Source: Eledone cirrhosa | Taxonomy: Eukaryota | NCBI GenBank assembly: GCA_964016885.1 | Contig: OZ024740.1 | Span: 166,904,001 to 166,968,000 of the forward strand | Direction of reading: 5' to 3' | Length of the DNA: 64,000 bases | Shown here: positions 54,850 through 64,000 of the stretch, piece by piece | Position numbering within the stretch: position 1 is the first letter of the stretch | Layout: the number at the start of each line of letters is the position of its first letter | Notes under the pieces: generated by a model | Database searches by the model: none | Told to the model about the DNA's origin: nothing | What the model saw: the letters and a program-made list of their open reading frames with translations, nothing else | Translations under genes and position numbers: made by a program

Positions 54850-55180
54850 CTCAAAGTATACATATAATTTCCTGTTATGAATCTAGATTCCTTGTAGTTT
54901 ATATAAGATTGGTATTTCTCACCACTACCCTTATCCCAAAATTTTATTTTCCTTCGTTTTAAACAACATTCTTTAATAACATCTAATTCTTATTTATCAC
55001 ATCCATATGAATTAATATAAATTTATCCCTATAAGTATACCTATCAATTAATTTAATTTCTTGTTATAGATCTAAATTCCTTGTGGTTTAAATAAGATTG
55101 GTATTTCTCACTAATACCCTTACCCTAAAATTTTACTCTCCTTCGTTTTTAATATTATTATTTAATAACATCAAATTTTC
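54850..55180. repeat. Diverged ~190-bp tandem duplication
   Basis: taatttc.tgttat..attccttgt.gttta.ataagattggtatttctcac..tacccttа-type text at ~54864 and ~55054. Confidence 0.75.
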
Positions 55181-55411
55181 GTGTACCCTTCACTGGCTTG
55201 ACCTCTTTTCATCCCCAAAGTATTCTTTTCATTCAAAGTATTCTTTCCATTCAAAACATAAGTCTGCATTCCTCTACCCCTAAATTAAATTTCTACTACT
55301 ACTATTCTATCAACATGACCTCTTACTACTTTTCTATAGGTCAATTCAAAACCTGTTCCCAAACAGACCAATTATATTAAATCTTTGTTGTTTTTTTTCA
55401 ATAAACAAATC

Positions 55412-55544
55412 TCATCATTTCTGAAGACAGCATATATATATGAAGGTATGTATATTTCCTCTGATAGTTTGTAATACTTTTACATAGATCTATATGATAT
55501 ACATACCACACATATATATCCTAGAAACGATCGTAAAATGATGA
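55412..55544 (+). ncRNA. Type I hammerhead ribozyme motif with extended stem II
   Basis: TCATCATTT-CTGAAGA-(~96 nt foldback)-GAAA-CGATCG-TA-AAATGATGA. Confidence 0.7.
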
Positions 55545-55608
55545 ATTTTTGAATATGAGGAATTTGTTCTTTGTTTTTATTCATTGTTTTTATTCATTGT
55601 TTTTATTA

Positions 55609-55763
<155 letters not shown>

Positions 55764-56153
55764 CAACTCAGTTTTTGTCTTAGCGAAAGTCTTGTCAGAA
55801 ATTTTCCAATAGTGAATCCAAAAGTCAGTCTTCGGAGACGGAAGTATAATTAAAAGTAAATACTTATTCTTGCTTTCTTACAGAAGATTCTGTTGATAAT
55901 AAGACGCAAAAACATCCCCGCCCATATAGTCCATTCAGTTATAATTGATTTGAGACTAAAATATTTAATGTCTATATATTTAGCTTAATAACGAAACTGG
56001 CAAGTAAATTAATATATGAGGAATTGTTGAGCAGCCTCGTTAGACTCTCGGAGAATTTAATTTGTAGTATTCAGTTATGTTTCTTTACAGTCTTATTTCA
56101 AATCCCTAGTTTGACATTCATCATTCGACAGTTATTATTATTTATGAGTCCCA

Positions 56154-56372
56154 GGGCGGTGAATTGGCAGTATTGGTAGAGCGTCGGACTCCATACTTCA
56201 TGGCACAGAGTTGCTGCCTTTTACATTCTGAATTCAAATCCCGCCAAAGTTAGCGTTGCCTTTCATCCTTGTGATGTCGATAAATAAAGCACCAGTAATG
56301 CACTGGGTTCGATTTAATCGACTTTCCCCTCCCCTAAAATTGCTGGCTTTGTACCTAAAGCAGAAACAATTA
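56154..56372 (+). mobile_element. tRNA-derived SINE, longer subfamily
   Basis: Same head, core and tail with an extra ~30 bp (ttcgatttaatcgactttcccctcccctaa); TSD attatt(t/c)a(t/c)gagtccca. Confidence 0.85.
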
Positions 56373-56711
56373 TTCACGAGTCCCAAATCATCCCTCATGG
56401 ACCACACGCCTTTTTTTATATCTCGAATCATATTTTCCAATGTGTAACTGCTTTATTTAATACAGTGGTAGACCTGATGTAGATTCCACTAATTGTCAGG
56501 CGATCTCATATACCTTTACACGTTGCCTCATCTAAACAATATATGCAAACGATACCTGTATTGTTAAGGATTAACAATGATGCATTAGCTGGCAAAACCC
56601 ATTAGCAGTTTCAAATTGCCTTCAATATCCATTTATAAACTCCGAAAGGCAAATTGTTATATAATGGAATTTGAACACAAAACAGTCAAACACAATAAAA
56701 CACTGTTCCGT

Positions 56712-57847
56712 CATTGAGAGGTACAACGAATTCCAGAGACCCCTCGCCGTCAGCTTCATCGATTTCTCCAAAGCATTCGATAGCATTCATCGGCCGTCAC
56801 TCTGGAGCATCATGCATGAGTATGGTCTGCTCCAGAAAGTCATTTCGGCAATCAAACAGATTTATGAAAACTCGAAGTGCTGCATACGGACAGAGAATGG
56901 TTACAGTGACTGGTTTGAGGTGGTTATTGGTGTGCGTCAGGGTTGCTCGCTCTCTCCAATTCTCTTTGCCATAGCCATTGACTGGGTACTAAGAAGAGCG
57001 TCTAAAGACCAGGGTATATCTTGGGTGGGAGAGCAAAAGTTGTCTGACCTGGACTTTGCGGACGATATTGTTGCACTTGCAGAGAGCACAGCTGACCTGC
57101 AAATCATTATGAACAATATCAATGTCGAAGCAGGAAGCTTAGGTCTCAATATCAGTGCTAAGAAGACTAAAAGCATGTTATCTGGGACACACCCATCACC
57201 AACTAGTGTTTTTATTGCACGGGGGGGGGGGGGAGATAGTGGACAACTTCACCCACCTAGGAAGCTCCATTGACAATGGGGGCGCCATGGGCAGTGAATT
57301 GCAATGTACAATGGGAAAGGCTTCAACAGCATTTAACCAGCTTGTCAAGATCTGGAAGAGCAGAAAGTTCACCCTCAAAACAAAGATGAGATTCTACAAC
57401 AGCAACGTGCTGTCCATACTCTTGTACGGAAGTGAAACATGGCACCTTAAGACCAGCCAAGAGAAGAAGTTGGACGCATTCGATTCCGGGTGTCTGCGAA
57501 AGATCCTGGAGATTAAATGGAGTGACCATGTAACATACCAGGAAGTCAGGAACCGCACCAACCAGCAGCTAATCTCTTCTACCATCTGCAAGCGACGTCT
57601 GGGCTGGTTTGGACACGCTGTGAGACTTCCCCCGGAGAGACTGGCGAACCAAGTACTTAAATGGAACCCACAGAGAAGCAGACGGAGAGGGCGAGCCAAA
57701 ATGAACTGGCGCCAGACAGTTGAGAGGGACCTGCGAGCAGCAAACAGACAATGGCGGGACGCTGTGCAACTGGCTGCTGACCGAACGCAGTAGAACACTA
57801 TGATTGCCTCATGCGTCGCAAGACGCGGGAGCTTCTGAGTCTGAGTA
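56712..57847 (+). mobile_element. 5'-truncated RTE-clade LINE (RT and 3' end)
   Basis: FIDFSKAFDSI, GVRQGCSLSP, DLDFADDI, frameshift at a poly-G run (~57222), LLYGSETW, RRLGWFGH, RRRGRAK; (CTGAGT)2 tail. Confidence 0.92.
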
Positions 57848-59078
57848 CTTAATACGTAGTTTTATCTAATCCTTACACATGCACTCTTGTTATAATATAT
57901 TTATCAGAATTTGTAGATCTTTATTTTATATTGAACGGTGATATATGAATAGTCAAAAGTGTTTTAACTAAATATAAATCACCATACGTCAGAGACAATG
58001 TGTGATGACATAATCTTCCGGAAATAACACCCAAATATACCTCATATCATACACTACTCCCATAAAGGTATGTTGATGAATATATTGGTCAGCCCTTACC
58101 AAATTATCTTCATGGAACCAGAACCCCGGAATTCAAAGTGATCTAATATAAATTGTAATATTCTAACATCATTTGATATGAGAACATTTAGTTAAGATGA
58201 TTTAAATAACATCTTAGTCATTAAATAATTGATACATTTAATAAATAATTATAAATTCTTCATTGATTAATTATGTTAGAGTGGACTGCATTAGGAACAA
58301 TTGTTAATGTAGAGTTAGATATTATATAAAATAAGAATGTTTTTTCTCCTGGATCTGTACTGGCATGAAACTAAAATTAATAGCTACAACTATCATGCGA
58401 CTATGCTACATTTTCCATTTAACCATGCAATTAACTCTCCCATTCTGTCTCCCAATTTCTCTCTTTCACATGGCCGGTCTCCCTCGTTCAATTTATCTAT
58501 CTATCTCTACTTTAACATTTTAAATTTTAGATACGAAAGTTCAATCAATTCATTTGCCATATATATTCTAATATCAATCACGAAGGTTCAACTGAATCAA
58601 ACAAAAAACAATCAAAATAAGACATGCAGATTTCTTTCCAATACTTAACTGTTCTATAATTATTATCATTTCACAAAGTTATAATTTTCTGAACATTTTC
58701 AATGAGTGAATAATTGTCTAAAGTATTAAAATGTGAAAAACTGGTAAATTTTCAAGTGCCCATTGTTATTTCACTTATACAAGAAAGAAAAATGTTCTTA
58801 TTCCTCTTTTACATTTTTTTTTTTCATTTTCATTGTCTTTCAAATACTTCGTTTTGCGAGTTTTGAATACAAATTGTCGCATATACATACAGGCACTTAA
58901 ATATACATTCAAGCGCCTAAACCACTCTCACCTACGTATATGGGAAAACACACAGAAACAAGCACCCCCTTAGATCGCACAAACACATACATGAATACAA
59001 TGTATATGGGTGGGTGTGCATATATAAAAATAACTATACGCATCTACGCAAGAACGTAGTTTTTTCTACAATTCATAA

Positions 59079-59304
<226 letters not shown>

Positions 59305-59944
59305 GTATATATGCATATGTAAATACATATATACACATATATATATATTTATGTGTGTGTGTATGTGAGAGTGTGTGTGTGTGTGCATTGTGTACGCCAT
59401 ATATACATACAGAATTACACACAAATACATATATGAAAAATTCTTTTTCAACGCTTTAGAATGCCAAAATAATTTCACATAGCTTAAATTTTAAAACTCT
59501 CTTGAAATATATTCTTTTGTGAACAATAATAAAACTTTACAATTGTTATTTATTCATATAGATGCTAGAAAAATATTTAGTTAATAGCGATTAGGAAATC
59601 TTCTGATATCGCATGCATTTAGATTTTGTACATATGGTTTTTATTAAATACGCTGAGATTACTAATTTGCAAAGATGTTATATATAACGTAAAACGGTTT
59701 AAATTCAAATAGGTTCATATTTTATATGAATTTGTTTTCTAAAATCGGGGAACTCAAATTTATCGACGAAGATATGAGATCGTATGAAGGTTTCGATTCT
59801 CGATATAAAATATGCAAGCACTTTTAACATTTTTGTGATTGGAATGGAAAGCTGATCAGGTGTATTGTTTGATTATTTCTTTTTGATATGAGATATTGCT
59901 TCTTTTATACCTTCAGTGAAAATGTTTTAATGTATGTATATTCG

Positions 59945-60490
59945 CTAAACTTCGCCAGTTGCAGAGTTTAAAGAGCAATGGTCAAGTCCAGTCCATAAGT
60001 TGACATTGTCAAGCCATCGTTTTGGCTGCCGACCTCTGCTTTTCTTAACAGCCAACTTTCCTTCTAGGCATAACCTACTCACACCACGAGTTGATCTTTT
60101 GATATGACTGTATAGTTTAAGCACTCTTAACCTGACAGCTGATGTGATTGATCTAAGCCTGGTGATGTTGAGCAGCTCACTGATACAGATAGGGTCAATG
60201 AGCCGCTTGTCAGTCATAAGTCTCATGATGTGGTTCTGGAATGTAGAGAGCTTCTGAAGTAACCTTTTCGTCCAATTAACACGATCAAGACCATATGACA
60301 ACTCGTAGGAAGTAAGTATCGAAGATCTTAATCTTCAAATGATAGTAGTACTTGATGTTAGTACTTCCTTGTTCCTTTTGAAAGCTTCCCAACCTACAGC
60401 GATGAGATACTGTACAGCGACCATTCCAATGTTGTTTGATGATAGTTTGTGAGAGATATACAAACTCTGTAACTTGAGCAATTGGCTCAA
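59945..60490 (-). mobile_element. Decayed RTE-like LINE 3' fragment
   Basis: YGLD, LSTFQNHIMR, LKLYSHIKR, LEGK...RGRQPKRWLDNV. Confidence 0.7.
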
Positions 60491-61604
60491 TAGATACGTA
60501 TAAGATTTAAGTAGACTCGATTATTCGTATGCTGTGTCAGATAATAAAATGAATTCACTATCAATGAACAAATGTTCATACCTTTTAAGAAAAAAACTGC
60601 ATGAAATCGCTCCTGATTTTATGATATAAGTATTTATATTTTAAAATGTTTATGTTCATCTAACAATCATTCATAATTTATCTAAAAGTCTTTATTAATG
60701 TGTGATTTAAACGGCATATTTATGATGCTCAAGTTATTTTACAAAGTCTTTCCAGAATTATATGAAACTAATGGTTAGTGACTTCCATTAAATATATTGT
60801 AGTTCAATGAAAGTGTTAAGGTATCGTATTTATAAGGCCATGTCCGAATCAACAGTTTCCTACTTCGTGTTTCAAGTCGTTGTTTGACACTATGGCTTAT
60901 ATACGGTATTTTAATCACTGTTATTGAACATTAATTTTCTCCAAATTAATCAATATCTAAACAATTCCTTTTAAAGAATTTTATTTTTATGAATCCCAAA
61001 CATTTCGTCAGTTTGCTCTGTCAATGAAAACAATCACCAGACTGAATATGTTGTCAGTGTTGCGAATCCGATATAGAATGTCGGTTGAAGTTATTTCACC
61101 AACTACTGAGGAAATTACATAATCACCTCCACATTTCGTTTAGACTCTTGGCTATTTGTCCGTATGTTTAGAAAGGCAGAATTCACTTAAAGATATGGAA
61201 TCAACATATAAAGAAAATATTTCGCGGAATGCATGAATCACGCGTACATCCCTTCGCCCATGAAGAGGGATGTTCATCACTTATTTTCCAGCGAAGGAGA
61301 ATCTATTATATCATTCTTACGTTTAGTTCGATCGAATACACATCTTTGTCGGTTTTTATGAGGCGAAGAGATGAATGAATATTGCGTAGAATAACGAAAA
61401 AAGGCAGAAACTGTCACAAAAATATAATTTGGAAATGGAATGAATTGGAACGTAATCTGGAAGAAAGAAATACTGATGAGTAAAGGAGTCGATTACTCTA
61501 ATATTATTAACTGAAAACGTAGAAGATTCTTAAAGAATGTCTACTTCGTTTATATATATATATATATATATTGAAAGAGAGAAAGAAATATGTATATATT
61601 TATA

Positions 61605-61717
<113 letters not shown>

Positions 61718-62391
61718 TTCAGGAATAAGTTGTTTTAAAAGGAGAGATGTCTGTTTTGCTTTATTAGCTATAATTCTTTTGTGAGCAGCGAGTACAATCT
61801 TGTTAGTTGGTTGGCAGAGAAAAAAGAGTGATGATTTATTTTCAGCCAAGCGTGAAATAAGTACAGTTATTCATTACGAATGCGTAAAAAAAAGAAAAAA
61901 CACTTCAAAATATTCGATTCGTTAGCAGTGTACAAGCCATGTCTGTGAGACATCCGTTCCTTTACGAATGTTAAACAACCGCCACTCATGGGTATCTAAT
62001 AAGAGGGAGCAATTCCGTTCACAGTATTTCGTCATTATCTTTTGCCCGGCGTTTTCTTTTTATATAGTCATTAATTTTTGTTATCGCCAAACATTCCATT
62101 GAGATAATGTTTTTTAAATATTTGTTTATATGATATCAGATTCTTCCTATCGCTCATTATATCTTTATGACATCGGAGGTCCCAAAAATATATATTTAAA
62201 AATGCACTAAGAAAACCGCATTTAGGTTTCAGGTTTTATTTAGCATGTTTTTCTTCAACATATAACTTTGTATTAAGTGTTTACAGCACGACAACCTTAA
62301 CATGAATATGTCATTTATCATAGCGTTCTCTAAATAAACAAATATATATTCTATGCACACATACACATATATATAAATACACTCACACAAA

Positions 62392-62452
<61 letters not shown>

Positions 62453-62788
62453 ATACTTTGGGAGGGTCATGTTGCCAATAAGAAACACACGCACTAGGTG
62501 TTTCATTTCAATTTATTATAATAAATTCATAAATTTAGGAATTTATAAATTTCCGGTTTCAACACACATTTTCAGATAAAGAATCTTGCTAAACAAATTC
62601 AGAAACGAAATATATATATAATATATAGAATAGGACTAGAACTGTTTCATTCGGGAGAAATCATCAGGAAGCCGACTGTCCAAGTAATATGATGGTATTT
62701 ATATCTTTTCTAGTGGTATTGAATACCTTACATACTGTGGTTACTCCCGATTGAACCCGGGATAAACTTATATATATATATATATATA

Positions 62789-62884
62789 CAGGGTGTCCCC
62801 CAATATGTATACACTCTTTGATTACCGGTACAGGAAATATTTATTAGAATGCTATTGAAGTATCTATACATGTTTAGGGACACC

Positions 62885-62887
<3 letters not shown>
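62789..62887. mobile_element. Tc1/mariner-type MITE
   Basis: Terminal inverted repeats CAGGGTGTCCC / GGGACACCCTG with TA on both sides; a related end at ~63485-63529. Confidence 0.75.
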
Positions 62888-62951
<64 letters not shown>

Positions 62952-62978
62952 CGTGTGTATGTGTATGTGTGTGCGTGT

Positions 62979-63010
<32 letters not shown>

Positions 63011-63352
63011 ATGCGTGCGTGTGTGTGTGTGTGTATGTGTTTGCGTGTGTATGTATTTAAACAAAAACACGTTGCGGTATTATTGTCGGAGGTACCTTCA
63101 AATTGTAACACATATCTCATACATACTGAAGTACGTCTAGACACATTTACGTCTTGCAAGATGTAATTGACATAAGGCCACGTTTGTTAACGATCACGTG
63201 ATACCCTTCGAGATCTCATGTAAACACGACTTTCGTACGAACCGGGGATTTCTGTCGACCTATTAATACAAATCATATTTAATATTACTGCAATATTTTC
63301 CTTACGAATTAAAATGTTTGCTTTTTGTCCACGCTTCGCCATGTACAAATTG

Positions 63353-63411
<59 letters not shown>

Positions 63412-64000
63412 CGCGCGAGAGACATGATGAGCCGCAAAAATATATACAGATCTTTTACATTGTGCATTCTAATAAATATTGCCAGTACAGGTCATCAGAG
63501 TGTATATACATTTTTGGAGGGTCACGCTGTATATATATAGTATATATGAAAGAATGTATAATCATGTTATTTGACGGTGAGAATATGCATTTGTGTGATT
63601 TAGGTGAACATGAAGCAATATAAATAAACTACCGAAGGAAATGAATACCAAAAATATTACGATTAGTCGAAGTTATGTCAATTAGATGCAACCGTACGAA
63701 GCATGGTAGTGTTATATCATATATATTTGCGCTACAAACCACCCCCATGACATTGAACTACGTGGATTCATTCTTTTACAAATATATATATATAGATACA
63801 TTAAATATATATATAGTGACGAAACATAAGTCAATTGCATGAACTCATAATCCATTATTTACTGCTATATATATTTCGCTGATAGCCATTGAATGGTTAT
63901 GACCTCATCAGGCAGTTAGATATGTCAGCTCTGTGTTGTTTGTGTTGATGGTTTCAGAGCCTTGGGACATATGAGCTTGTTAGGGACAATTTAAAGTTGT

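Overview
AT-rich, microsatellite-dense eukaryotic DNA with no recognisable host gene; the repeat content looks animal, probably cephalopod (inference). Nearly all signal is transposon-derived. The centrepiece (14.4-30.4 kb) is a head-to-tail minus-strand array of three Tx1/L1-clade LINEs from two families, separated only by (TAA)n runs and pieces of a tRNA-derived SINE. The SINE (about 14 copies or fragments) shares its 3' stem-loop and tail with these LINEs, and its clear target-site duplications (TSDs) start with ATTATT or ATTAATT, suggesting a microsatellite-targeting LINE/SINE partner system. Also present: decayed RTE, CRE, R4/Dong and Penelope-like retroelements, several type I hammerhead-ribozyme motifs in foldback structures beside (TA)n runs, a Helitron nested in a Helitron, and a Tc1/mariner-type MITE. 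All coordinates were read by eye; no database search was run.
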